A stretch of DNA of 64,000 nt from assembly GCA_041657885.1 (NCBI GenBank), contig JBBABB010000002.1, positions 121,095-185,094 on the forward strand. Reading direction: 5' to 3'. The stretch is from Minisyncoccota bacterium. GTDB lineage: Bacteria; Patescibacteriota; Minisyncoccia; Phycocordibacterales; UBA9973. The translations under genes and the position numbers were made by a program. Each line of letters begins with the position of its first letter. The stretch's first letter is position 1. This document shows positions 54,727 through 64,000 of this stretch, piece after piece. Below the pieces are notes generated by a model that saw only the letters and a list, made by a program, of their open reading frames with translations, made no database searches and was not told the origin of the DNA.

Positions 54727-55844
54727 AATCAATAAAAGATTTAAAAAATTTATTCGGGAAAAGAGTAATTTTAAGAGCAGATCTTAATGTACCAATAAAA
54801 GACGGCAAAGTTCTTGATAATTTTCGTATTAAGAAAGTAATTCCAACTATTTTATATTTACAAAAAAAAGGAGCAAAAGTTATTATAATTTCGCATATAG
54901 GAGATGATGGGAAGGAGAGTCTCTTGCCAGTAGCACAAGTTATCAAAAAATATATTAAAACAATTGAGTTTATAAAAACACCAATTTTTTCAGATGAAAC
55001 TGAAAAGAGAATAAATTCACTAAAGAAAAGAGAAATAATTCTTTTAGAAAATCTTCGCACTGAGACAGGTGAGAAAAAGAATTCTCCCTCTTTCGCCAGA
55101 GCATTGTCCCGATATGGGGAAATTTATGTAAATGATGCTTTTTCAGTTTCTCATAGGGAACATGCCTCAATTGTCGGTATTACCAAGTATCTTTCTGGGT
55201 ATGCGGGGTTGCAATTTTTAGACGAAGTAGAAAATTTATCTAAAGTTTTTAATCCAGCACATCCATTTTTATTTATTCTTGGTGGAGCAAAATTTGAAAC
55301 AAAAATTCCTTTAATTAAAAAATTCCTTCGCTCTGCTGATAACATATTTATTGGTGGTGCAATCGCCAATGATTTCTTCAGAGCGAAAGGTTATGAAGTA
55401 GGAGTATCACTAGTTGACGATGGGAACTTCCAAATACCAGTATTATTGAAAGCCAAAAATTTAATTATACCCATTGATGTCGTTGCTACTAAAAATTCTA
55501 AAAATCGTATTACTAAACCAAGTGAAGTAATATCTGATGAAAATATTGTGGATATTGGCCCACAAACCGTTTTAATTCTAAAAGATTTAATCAATAAAGC
55601 AGGATTTATTTTATGGAATGGACCACTTGGTAAATATGAAGATGGTTTTGGTGGTGCGACAGAAGAAGTTCTTAAAATTGTTTCAAAGTGTAAAGCACAG
55701 AGCGTAATTGGGGGAGGTGATATTGTCGCCTTAATTTCAAAATTAAAAATTGAAAGCAAATTAGGCTTTGTTTCAACAGGGGGTGGGGCTACTTTGGAAT
55801 TTTTAGCTAAGGGAACATTGCCAGGAATCAGAGCATTGAAATAA
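54723..55844 (+). CDS. pgk: Phosphoglycerate kinase
   Basis: RADLNVP, LLENLR, VNDAF, GGAK, WNGPLG, GGGD, STGGGA. Confidence 0.96.
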   Translation: MKSIKDLKNLFGKRVILRADLNVPIKDGKVLDNFRIKKVIPTILYLQKKGAKVIIISHIGDDGKESLLPVAQVIKKYIKTIEFIKTPIFSDETEKRINSLKKREIILLENLRTETGEKKNSPSFARALSRYGEIYVNDAFSVSHREHASIVGITKYLSGYAGLQFLDEVENLSKVFNPAHPFLFILGGAKFETKIPLIKKFLRSADNIFIGGAIANDFFRAKGYEVGVSLVDDGNFQIPVLLKAKNLIIPIDVVATKNSKNRITKPSEVISDENIVDIGPQTVLILKDLINKAGFILWNGPLGKYEDGFGGATEEVLKIVSKCKAQSVIGGGDIVALISKLKIESKLGFVSTGGGATLEFLAKGTLPGIRALK

Positions 55845-56232
55845 TTTTATTTATTACGTTTTCTGCTTCTCCTTCTAGGTATTTTTTTCTTTTAGGATTT
55901 GGTAAATCATCAGTAGAGTATCTTGGTAACAAATGAATATGAAAATGTGGGATTTCTTCTCCGCTTACCCATTCTTGAACATAGTCGCATTTCATAGACT
56001 TTTTGAGTGCCAGCATCAATTTTTTTGTTAGTTTAAAAATACCAGCTATGATTTTATCATCTACTTCATACATCCAAACAATGTGTTTTTTAGGAATTAT
56101 TAAAATATGTCCATGAGAAACTGGTTGGATATCAAGGAAAGCTAAAAAGTTTTTGTCCTCAAAAATCTTATGACATGGGATTTTTCCTTTTGCTATTTTA
56201 CAAAAAATACAACTTTCTTTCGGTTCGTTCAT
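55828..56232 (-). CDS. HIT family nucleotide hydrolase
   Basis: CIFCKI, AFLDI.P...GH.L.IPK.H, HFHIHL; start set at ATG 56232. Confidence 0.92.
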   Translation of the reverse strand: MNEPKESCIFCKIAKGKIPCHKIFEDKNFLAFLDIQPVSHGHILIIPKKHIVWMYEVDDKIIAGIFKLTKKLMLALKKSMKCDYVQEWVSGEEIPHFHIHLLPRYSTDDLPNPKRKKYLEGEAENVINKIISML

Positions 56233-56260
56233 ATAATCATTATATGGTAAAATCAAAAGT

Positions 56261-57985
56261 ATGCCAAATCATACTGAATTACTTGACATTCTTCTAACAA
56301 ATCGTGGAATATCAATAGAGGACAGAGAACGTTTTTTAAATCCATCTTTTGAAGAGCATCTTTATAATCCATATCTTATGAAGGATATGGAACGTGCAGT
56401 GGTAAGAATTTTTGAAGCGATAGAAGCAAAAGAAGAAATACTTATTTATAGTGATTATGATTGTGATGGAATTCCTTCATCTGTTATAATGCATGATTTT
56501 TTTCATAAAATTGGTTATCCTGTTTCTATTTACCCCTACACCAAAGAAAATAAAGTTTATGTAAACGCACAAGGCGCATTATTCTCTTATGGTGTGGGGG
56601 TTTATATTCCAGATCGTCATGATGAAGGCTATGGTCTACATCTAGATGCAATAGATCAATTTATTGATAGCGAGATAAAGCTTTTGATTACTTTTGATTT
56701 AGGTATCACTGCGGTTGAAGAAGTAGCGCGTGCACAAGCCGCAGGGATAGATGTCATTATTACGGACCACCATATTCCTCAAGAAGAAGTTCCGCGAGCC
56801 TATGCAATATTAAATCCAAAACAAACAGGGTGCCAATATCCTGATAAAATGCTCTGTGGAGCAGGAATTGCTTTTAAGTTGGTTCAAGCTCTAGTAAAAA
56901 AATACGGAGAATACTGGAAAATAAATAATGGTTGGGAGAAATGGTTACTTGATATGGCAGGAGTTGCAACACTTTCTGACCAGGTTCCACTTTTAGATGA
57001 GAACAGAGTACTCGCGTATTATGGATTGAAAGTTTTACGAAAAGGTCATCGCATGGGACTTGTTGAACTATTTAAAAAAGCATCTGTTGATATTACAAAA
57101 TTAAATGAAGAAGATATCACTTTTACATTAGCTCCTCGAATAAATGCAGCGAGTCGCATGGCCGATCCAATGAAAGCATTTGAACTTTTGGCTACTGTTG
57201 ATCCAGTGGATGCGCGTACACTAAGTGACCACCTTGTTAAAATAAATAATGAGAGAAAAATAATGGTTGCGCATATTATGAAAGATGTAAAAAATGTTTT
57301 ACGCAAAAGAGAAGAAAAACCACTAATTGTTATTGGTAATCCATCTTGGCGAATAGGTATTTTGGGTCTCATTGCTTCAAAAATTACAGAAGAATACAAA
57401 AAACCAGTATTTGTTTGGGGAGAAGATGGAAATGGAACTATTCGTGGGTCTTGTCGAGGTTGGGGAGATATAAATTTAGTAGAGCTTATGATGTCACTAC
57501 CAGAGAATAGTTTGCTTGATTTCGGTGGGCATAAAAATGCTGGGGGATTTTCTGTTTCTTATGAAGAAGTTCACTTCTTGGAAGAAAGATTACTAAAAGT
57601 TTTTGATGATAGTACTCAAGTGGGAGAAGATGCTAAAGATTATGTTATAGATGCCACTATTTTAATAGATGATGTTACAAATGAAAATTATAATGTTATA
57701 GAAAAACTTGCGCCATTTGGAATGGGGAATCCTAAGCCAACTTTTTTATTTAAAGGCATAAAAATATTTGCAATTAAAGAATTTGGAAAAGAGAAAAATC
57801 ATCTTGAATTAGTATTCAAAAATAGTCGCGGTTATCAAATAAAAGCAATTTCATTTTTCAAAACTCATAGTAGCTTTAAGCCCGCGCTTGTTGAAGGAAG
57901 TAGTATAAATTTGGTAGCAACCTTTGAGAAAAATAATTTTGGTGGTCGAAGCGAGCTAAGATTAAGAATTGTTGATGTTATCTAA
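56261..57985 (+). CDS. recJ: Single-stranded DNA exonuclease RecJ
   Basis: DYDCDG, EGYG, TDHH, PRINA..R, GGH..A.G. Confidence 0.94.
   Translation: MPNHTELLDILLTNRGISIEDRERFLNPSFEEHLYNPYLMKDMERAVVRIFEAIEAKEEILIYSDYDCDGIPSSVIMHDFFHKIGYPVSIYPYTKENKVYVNAQGALFSYGVGVYIPDRHDEGYGLHLDAIDQFIDSEIKLLITFDLGITAVEEVARAQAAGIDVIITDHHIPQEEVPRAYAILNPKQTGCQYPDKMLCGAGIAFKLVQALVKKYGEYWKINNGWEKWLLDMAGVATLSDQVPLLDENRVLAYYGLKVLRKGHRMGLVELFKKASVDITKLNEEDITFTLAPRINAASRMADPMKAFELLATVDPVDARTLSDHLVKINNERKIMVAHIMKDVKNVLRKREEKPLIVIGNPSWRIGILGLIASKITEEYKKPVFVWGEDGNGTIRGSCRGWGDINLVELMMSLPENSLLDFGGHKNAGGFSVSYEEVHFLEERLLKVFDDSTQVGEDAKDYVIDATILIDDVTNENYNVIEKLAPFGMGNPKPTFLFKGIKIFAIKEFGKEKNHLELVFKNSRGYQIKAISFFKTHSSFKPALVEGSSINLVATFEKNNFGGRSELRLRIVDVI
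56533..56600. mobile_element. 68-bp MITE-like palindrome in recJ, TTTA target duplication, in frame (24 codons)
   Basis: cccctacacca ... tggtgtggggg; TTTA 56529-56532 and 56601-56604. Confidence 0.75.
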
Positions 57986-58025
57986 AAATATCCTTATAAA
58001 ATAAGGTTCACCCCCCCCCACAAAA

Positions 58026-58055
58026 TTGCTATTCTTAATCTAAAAATGATATAAT
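58026..58055 (+). promoter_or_regulatory. Sigma70-type promoter of the 1061-aa gene
   Basis: TTGCTA-18 nt-TATAAT with TG extension. Confidence 0.55.
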
Positions 58056-58118
58056 AAAGCCAAAATCAACGGATTATTGTTTTGGATTATTTTATTAATT
58101 AATAACAAATAAAAAATT

Positions 58119-61100
58119 ATGAAAGAAAAAATGTTTTTAAACAAACAAGTAAATGAGGGAGGAGAAGAGATTGCAAAGGAGGATAAGAATATTTTTAAAA
58201 AATTTCAAGAAAAAATCTCTAATGCTTATGAAAAATTCAAGGGCTTATCCTCACAGTTTATAAAAGCTACACTTATGGCTTCAATGATAACTCCGCCGAG
58301 TGCTTTTTCTGAAACGCAAGGTAAAGAAGTTAATAAAGAAAAACCAGAAATTGAATTTTCAATTCAAGGAGAATTATCTGGAGAAGTAGAATCAATTGAT
58401 GATAAAGATAAGAAAAAAACTTCCCTATCTGTTGAAAGGAATCAATTAGGGAATCTTGAGAAAACAGAACAGGATAAGATTGATGAAGTGATTGATAAAA
58501 AACACGAAGAAAAAGTTAAAAACAATAAAAGAGAATTTGCGAAAACACAAGAAGAGGTTGCTTCAGTTCTTAGACATGCGTTTGTTGAATACCGTGGGGT
58601 TTTCAAGACTGCAGAATCTTTCAGGGCTGCGATTAGCCATCAATATAATAATATTTTAAATGAAAAACAGATATTAGATTTATACTCAATTATTGAAACT
58701 GGATATAGTACGAATGAAAATAAAGGTAAAGATGTTGAAACTATACAAATTATTTATAATGATTTGGCTCGTTCCGGCAACCCTGATAGTAAAGGTTTTA
58801 CTGAAACCTTGGAATCAAATAGTAGTAAACCAAAAGGTATAGATAATATGTTGGGGAGAGCAACTAGAGAGGTTACAAATAATTTAAAAATATTACTCAC
58901 TCCAGTTTTTAATAAAATCCAATCAAAAGAGGTTTCTCCTATAAAGCAAGACGATGGAAGGCCTATGCCACAAAAAATGGAAGTCCCTACTGATACTCGG
59001 GAGAGATTGGGTGATATAACATTTGGTCTCGAGAAAAAAATAAATTTTACAAATGAGCAAGTAGAACAAATTGAAAAATTTATTCCAACCCTAGAGAAGC
59101 TTGATGTTAGTAGTCTTGAAAGACTAAATGATTATTTAAAACAATTCAAATCTTCTGACTTTGATAAAATAAAAATTGTTGGATTAGGACATGAAGCAGG
59201 AAAAGAATATGATTTCCATGAAATAGAGCATTTAAAACCCGGTATATACACTATTGAAGGGGGTAATTTTTATGTAACATTTGATTATGTAGAAAATGCA
59301 AAAGATGGGACAAAAGTTATAGAAAAATTCAATATGGATAATGGTAATGGATTGGGTGTTTCATTTGATAAAATAGTAAGAAATGGTACAAATGAAGGCG
59401 ATTATTCTCTTGGGGTAGATAATGTAATAATCAAATTAGACGGAATAGAAATCGAAATTGAAAAGATATCTAAATATGAAACGGAAGATGAGATAGCAGG
59501 TCAAGTAAATAATGTTACTTTTAAGATAGGTGGTTGGACTACAAAGATTAGTAATTTAGGTATGAAGTTTGACAAGTCAGGGGGTTTTGATTTGTCTAAG
59601 GTAGCTACTGATATTTGGAAAGGTAGAGATGGAGCAAGAGTTGGAGATTTACTTGAGCGTTTTGATATTGATGGTGGTATTCTAGATTTAAAAAATGAAG
59701 ATGGTTCAGTTGTTATTAATTATGATGGACAGAATCTTATATTTAATAATGCAAAAGTATTTAAAGATGAAAATGGTAATTTTAATCTCCAGAATATTAA
59801 GAGTGGGGATGGGATTGTTTACAATGGTGGATTTACTTCTTATGCAGAAGTAAATGGCCAAGGTATGACCATTGGTGCACTTGTTGATAAAGTGATTTAC
59901 GGAGGAGGGGAAGTAATGTTAAATTCTCCAGATGTTAAATTGGGTTTTTCAGCTTTGGGTGGAGCCTTTTCAATGGAATCTGGGGTTGGTTCTAATTTTG
60001 ATGAAGCTAAACTAGATCAATGTGGTAAAAAGGTAGATAGTACTTTTCAAGTTATTGGAGATAAAATAAAAAATTTCTCAGAAGTAGCAAAAAATTCAAA
60101 TGGAGGAGATTTAATTGGAAAAGGTATAGCCTTAAAGACCGATATAATTAATGATTTAGTAGAATTAGCCGACTATATTGGAAAAGAGGGAGATGTTAAA
60201 TTGGAAGACTATAAAATAATTCTTGATTTTATTAAACTATCTGAAAATTTGGTAGTCACGGGAGAAGAAGGTCCAGGAAATGATTTCTATAAATTAGAAA
60301 TATTATTTAAGGCATTAGGTAATGATTTTGGTAGAGTCGTCATAGATAAAGAATTTATTGATGGAGTAAAAGCTGGAGGATTAGATTATGCAGTTAAAAA
60401 ACTAGGCTGGGGGGAAGATGTAAAAGATGTTGGAAATAAATTTAGTGAGAAAGCCATAGATATGATTGGAGCAGATTTCTTAAATGAAAAAGCATCAGAC
60501 ATTTTTGAAGTAATTAATACTGTAAATAATGGGGGAGTAGGAGGATTATCTATTGATTCAGAAGGAAGATTCAAAGCATATTACAGTCTTGTTCAGAATC
60601 TTGAAAAATTAACAAATCATAAAATTCATGTTATTGGAACTGTTTATGCCGCACCAGGAGATTTCAATAATCACGGGCAAGTTGGATTTGTGCCTTTAGT
60701 TGATAAACCAGGAAAAGAGCAAGTAGGAATTGGTTACAATCTTGATCAAAAATTTGGAGGAGGAATACTTTTTACAAAGATTCTTGTCAAAAATGAAGAA
60801 AAGGGAAATACCCTAACTGCAATAGTTGGTGGAGGGGCTGATTTTACAACAGGAGCATTTGATATTTCTATAAGTGATGGACAAGGGAATATTTTTAAAG
60901 GTCTTTCTTTAGAAAATGCTATGAAGATGCTTGATGGTAAGGGGACAGCTGATTTTGCTCAAGAACAACTTGAACTTGCTAATAAACTTGAGAAGGGTGT
61001 GGTCATTCCACATGTTTCTCTTGGTGCTAATTTTCGTAAGGATTTTGGGGCTCAAGGTATAAAATTAGAAGCAAGTGCTTTAGTCTCTTGGATTCCTACT

Positions 61101-61304
61101 ACAAATGATATTCATCCAAACTTAGAAATTTTAGCTGAGAAAGCATTAAGTACTAAAATTACTCCAATGAGTATTGGGATCAAATTAGCCCTTAATGGAA
61201 AGCCGGGAGCTACTGTTTTAGAAAAAATGAATGAGTCTACCGCTCGGGTTTATCTTAGAGCTTCACTAAACGGGTATAATCCTAGATATAAAAAGCACCA
61301 TTAG
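58119..61304 (+). CDS. Large hypothetical protein (1061 aa)
   Basis: Long ORF; no recognised family; signal-like segment at aa ~50-65. Confidence 0.75.
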   Translation: MKEKMFLNKQVNEGGEEIAKEDKNIFKKFQEKISNAYEKFKGLSSQFIKATLMASMITPPSAFSETQGKEVNKEKPEIEFSIQGELSGEVESIDDKDKKKTSLSVERNQLGNLEKTEQDKIDEVIDKKHEEKVKNNKREFAKTQEEVASVLRHAFVEYRGVFKTAESFRAAISHQYNNILNEKQILDLYSIIETGYSTNENKGKDVETIQIIYNDLARSGNPDSKGFTETLESNSSKPKGIDNMLGRATREVTNNLKILLTPVFNKIQSKEVSPIKQDDGRPMPQKMEVPTDTRERLGDITFGLEKKINFTNEQVEQIEKFIPTLEKLDVSSLERLNDYLKQFKSSDFDKIKIVGLGHEAGKEYDFHEIEHLKPGIYTIEGGNFYVTFDYVENAKDGTKVIEKFNMDNGNGLGVSFDKIVRNGTNEGDYSLGVDNVIIKLDGIEIEIEKISKYETEDEIAGQVNNVTFKIGGWTTKISNLGMKFDKSGGFDLSKVATDIWKGRDGARVGDLLERFDIDGGILDLKNEDGSVVINYDGQNLIFNNAKVFKDENGNFNLQNIKSGDGIVYNGGFTSYAEVNGQGMTIGALVDKVIYGGGEVMLNSPDVKLGFSALGGAFSMESGVGSNFDEAKLDQCGKKVDSTFQVIGDKIKNFSEVAKNSNGGDLIGKGIALKTDIINDLVELADYIGKEGDVKLEDYKIILDFIKLSENLVVTGEEGPGNDFYKLEILFKALGNDFGRVVIDKEFIDGVKAGGLDYAVKKLGWGEDVKDVGNKFSEKAIDMIGADFLNEKASDIFEVINTVNNGGVGGLSIDSEGRFKAYYSLVQNLEKLTNHKIHVIGTVYAAPGDFNNHGQVGFVPLVDKPGKEQVGIGYNLDQKFGGGILFTKILVKNEEKGNTLTAIVGGGADFTTGAFDISISDGQGNIFKGLSLENAMKMLDGKGTADFAQEQLELANKLEKGVVIPHVSLGANFRKDFGAQGIKLEASALVSWIPTTNDIHPNLEILAEKALSTKITPMSIGIKLALNGKPGATVLEKMNESTARVYLRASLNGYNPRYKKHH

Positions 61305-61322
61305 AATTTTTAAAAAATTAAA

Positions 61323-61826
61323 TTGTTGGTCAAAGAAATAAAAATATACACAGATGGTTCATCACTCGGTAACCCAGGTAAGGGTGGTTGGGGAGTAGTG
61401 ATAATTAAGAATGAAGAATTAGGAATTAGAAATGAAAATTCTAATAATATTGTAGAGCTTGGGGGATATGATAAAAATACTACGAACAATCGTATGGAGC
61501 TTCAAGCTGTAATAGAAGCATTAAAATATCTCTCAGCTAGGCAAGGCCTAGCTGAAAATAAAAAGAAAGATAAAGTGAAAATTTTTGCGGATTCAAATTA
61601 TGTTCTTTTGGGTGTCACTTCATGGATTTTTAATTGGGAGAAAAATGGTTGGAGAACGGCCAATAAAAAACCCGTATTGAATCAAAATTTATGGAAAGAA
61701 TTGATTGAGTTAATAAGAAATTATGGTAATAAAATAAATTGGCAAAAAGTAAAAGGGCACTCGGGGCATGTTCACAATAATCGCGCAGATGAAATAGCTA
61801 CAAGTAAAGCATTGCTTCAAAAATAA
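61323..61826 (+). CDS. rnhA: Ribonuclease HI
   Basis: YTDGS..GNPG.GGWG, TTNNRMEL, DS.Y, W..NGW, KVKGH, N.RAD. Confidence 0.94.
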   Translation: MLVKEIKIYTDGSSLGNPGKGGWGVVIIKNEELGIRNENSNNIVELGGYDKNTTNNRMELQAVIEALKYLSARQGLAENKKKDKVKIFADSNYVLLGVTSWIFNWEKNGWRTANKKPVLNQNLWKELIELIRNYGNKINWQKVKGHSGHVHNNRADEIATSKALLQK

Positions 61827-61834
61827 AAAAATAC

Positions 61835-63133
61835 ATGTCGAAAAAGGAAATTATTATTATAATAATTTTAATATGTGTCGCGTTAGTGCGATTTTTCTTT
61901 TTTATACCCAAAGTTCCAACATATGATAATGCTATTGGGAAAGAAGTAGAACTTGTTGGATTAGTAAATGATGATCCTGATGTGCGTTTGAAGAATCAAC
62001 ATTTAAATATAAAGTTAATAGATAAAGATGTAACTATTCTAACCATTATTAGTAGGGGAAAAGAAGTTTCTTATGGAGATAAAGTGAAAATAAGTGGAGT
62101 ACTTCTAGAGCCGGAGAATTTCACAACAAATTCTGGTAAAGAATTTAATTATAAAAGATATCTAGCAAATCAAGATATTTATTTTATGATTAAAAATGCA
62201 GATATAGAAATTATCTCACATGGGAATGGAAATAAAATAAAATCACAGCTTTACAAATTGCGGGGTTTTTTTATGAGAAATATCAACAAAGTTATTCCTA
62301 TGCCAGAAAGTGACCTAGCCAATGGTTTAGTCCTTGGTGCTCGTGGTGGTTTTGACCAAGAAACAAATAATGAATTTATATCAACTGGTACTATACACAT
62401 TATAGCTTTATCAGGTTACAACGTTTCCATTGTCGCGGAAAATGTAATGAAATTTTTCAGTTTAATTTTCTCACAAGTTGTCTCAATTATTTTTGGTATT
62501 GTTATTATTCTTTTATTTATAATAATGACTGGAGCAAGTGCTACGGCTATTCGAGCAGGAATTATGGCGACTATTATGCTTCTTGGTCGTATGACTGGTC
62601 GGAATTATCTGGCTGGTCGAGCGCTTGTCATTGCAGGACTTCTTATGATTGCTTATGACCCGAGGGTTCTAGTTGATATGTCTTTCCAATTGTCTTTCAT
62701 TGCTACAGGTGGAGTTCTTTTCATTACACCTAAAGTCATGAATTGGTTTAGATTTTTGCCAATGCGTTTTGGTTTTAGGGAAATGGTTGCAAGTACTATG
62801 GCTGCGACAATCTCTGTCTTGCCGATACTTCTTTATCTTACAGGAATTTTATCTTTGGTTTCTATCCCAGCAAATATTTTAATATTATTATTCATTCCAA
62901 CAACAATGTTTTTTGTTTTTATCACTGGAATTTTTGGTTTTATTTCACCTTTGTTATCAATACCTTTTGGTTTTATTTCTTATATTATCCTTCTATATAT
63001 TCTCTCAACTATCCACTTCCTAGGCACATTGTCATTTGCCAGTGTCACCATCCAATCTTTCCCACTTCCTCTAACAATTTTAATTTATGCATTTTTACTT
63101 TGGTGGGTATTTGGTAAGAAAATTAAGAATTAA
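61835..63133 (+). CDS. comEC: ComEC/Rec2 competence channel (DUF4131 and Competence domains)
   Basis: G..HIIALSGYN, A.RA.IM, SFQLSF.AT. Confidence 0.92.
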   Translation: MSKKEIIIIIILICVALVRFFFFIPKVPTYDNAIGKEVELVGLVNDDPDVRLKNQHLNIKLIDKDVTILTIISRGKEVSYGDKVKISGVLLEPENFTTNSGKEFNYKRYLANQDIYFMIKNADIEIISHGNGNKIKSQLYKLRGFFMRNINKVIPMPESDLANGLVLGARGGFDQETNNEFISTGTIHIIALSGYNVSIVAENVMKFFSLIFSQVVSIIFGIVIILLFIIMTGASATAIRAGIMATIMLLGRMTGRNYLAGRALVIAGLLMIAYDPRVLVDMSFQLSFIATGGVLFITPKVMNWFRFLPMRFGFREMVASTMAATISVLPILLYLTGILSLVSIPANILILLFIPTTMFFVFITGIFGFISPLLSIPFGFISYIILLYILSTIHFLGTLSFASVTIQSFPLPLTILIYAFLLWWVFGKKIKN

Positions 63134-63149
63134 TAATTAAGAATTAAAA

Positions 63150-64000
63150 ATGAAATATATAAAAAAATACCTTCCATATATTTTAATCCTCTCAATTTTT
63201 GTAATTGGTTTTTTGGTTTTATATTTAACATATACAAACTCCCATAGCCAATATTTAAAAGTTGTATTTCTGGATGTTGGTCAAGGGGATGCTATTTATA
63301 TAGAAGCACCAAATGGCAGACAAATGCTTATAGATGGCGGTCCTGATGCGAAGCTCCTCTCAAGCTTGGCTCAAGTGATGCCTTTTGCTGACCGCTCAAT
63401 AGATATGATTGTGGCAACTCATGCCGATGCGGATCATATTGGCGGTTTTCCGCTATTGCTGAATAATTATAAAGTTACAAGTATTATTGAGAACGGGGCA
63501 ACTTCGGATTCCGAAGTATTTTCCAGTTTAGAAGAAAAAATTTCAAAAAATAAAATAAATAAAATTATTGCAAAGCGTGGAATGCATATAATAATAGATG
63601 AAAAGAAAAATATTTATTTAGATATTTTATTCCCTGACCGTGATGTATCAAATCTGGATAGTAATGATGGTTCAATAGTCGCAAAGCTTATATATGGAGA
63701 TAATTCTTTTATGTTTACTGGGGATGCAACTCTCTATACAGAAAATTTAATAGAATGGAATGAAAAAGAAAGCACTTTACATTCTGATGTTTTAAAATTG
63801 GCGCATCACGGCGCACGTTCGTCGTCAAGTATTTTGTGGCTTGAGAAAGTTAATCCAAGTATTGCAATTGTCTCTACTGGTAAGAATAATAATTATGGTC
63901 ACCCGCATAAAGAATTACTAGATAGGCTTTCCTCTCTTCATATTCCATTTTTAAGTACAGCTGATATTGGCAATATAATTTTCAAAAGTGATGGAGTGAA
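63150..64000 (+). CDS. ComEC-associated metallo-beta-lactamase-fold protein, 3'-truncated by window edge (absent from ORF track)
   Basis: Own translation: TM, FLDVGQGDAI, LIDGG, THADADHIGG, FTGDA, LK.AHHG, N.YGHPH. Confidence 0.9.
   Translation, partial: MKYIKKYLPYILILSIFVIGFLVLYLTYTNSHSQYLKVVFLDVGQGDAIYIEAPNGRQMLIDGGPDAKLLSSLAQVMPFADRSIDMIVATHADADHIGGFPLLLNNYKVTSIIENGATSDSEVFSSLEEKISKNKINKIIAKRGMHIIIDEKKNIYLDILFPDRDVSNLDSNDGSIVAKLIYGDNSFMFTGDATLYTENLIEWNEKESTLHSDVLKLAHHGARSSSSILWLEKVNPSIAIVSTGKNNNYGHPHKELLDRLSSLHIPFLSTADIGNIIFKSDGV

Noticed and set aside
138-60574. Remaining short antisense or nested ORFs in the track (e.g. 138..569, 13013..13459, 55391..55759)
   Set aside because: They overlap confidently assigned genes and show no recognisable motifs.
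1-64000. Alternative genetic code (TGA=Gly, code 25) or prophage
   Set aside because: Conserved genes are intact in code 11 with TGA used as stop; no phage structural, terminase or integrase genes were recognised.

Overview
AT-rich bacterial chromosome segment read in genetic code 11. Gene content (type IV pilus/competence genes, split comEC, class II RNR, no biosynthetic pathways, near-leaderless promoters) suggests a Patescibacteria/CPR (Parcubacteria-like) genome; this taxonomy is inference. The window holds a ~10.8 kb copper/thiol-redox island (copA plus CcdA/DsbD-like, redoxin and cupredoxin genes), five tRNAs (Ser, Val, Arg, Leu, His), pilMN-pilO and pilB-pilC-minor pilins, a GH130/GT108 mannoside set, a B12 module (nrdJ, ECF S-component, cobalamin riboswitch, DUF4430 proteins), and tpiA, pgk, recJ, rnhA and comEC. 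Main candidates for undescribed biology: (1) five dispersed ~572-aa Cys-rich paralogs with conserved ends and divergent cores, wedged between housekeeping genes, two followed by a covarying structured ~190-bp element; (2) an orphan PemK/MazF toxin facing a consensus antisense promoter that would produce a ~50-nt two-tetraloop RNA, a candidate RNA antitoxin; (3) MITE-like inverted-repeat elements with 4-bp target duplications that regenerate start codons or prepilin cleavage sites, plus many in-frame palindromic insertions; (4) two Cx9C leader ORFs followed by terminator-like hairpins heading the copper operons, candidate metal-sensing attenuators. All product calls come from motif recognition by eye; no database search was run.
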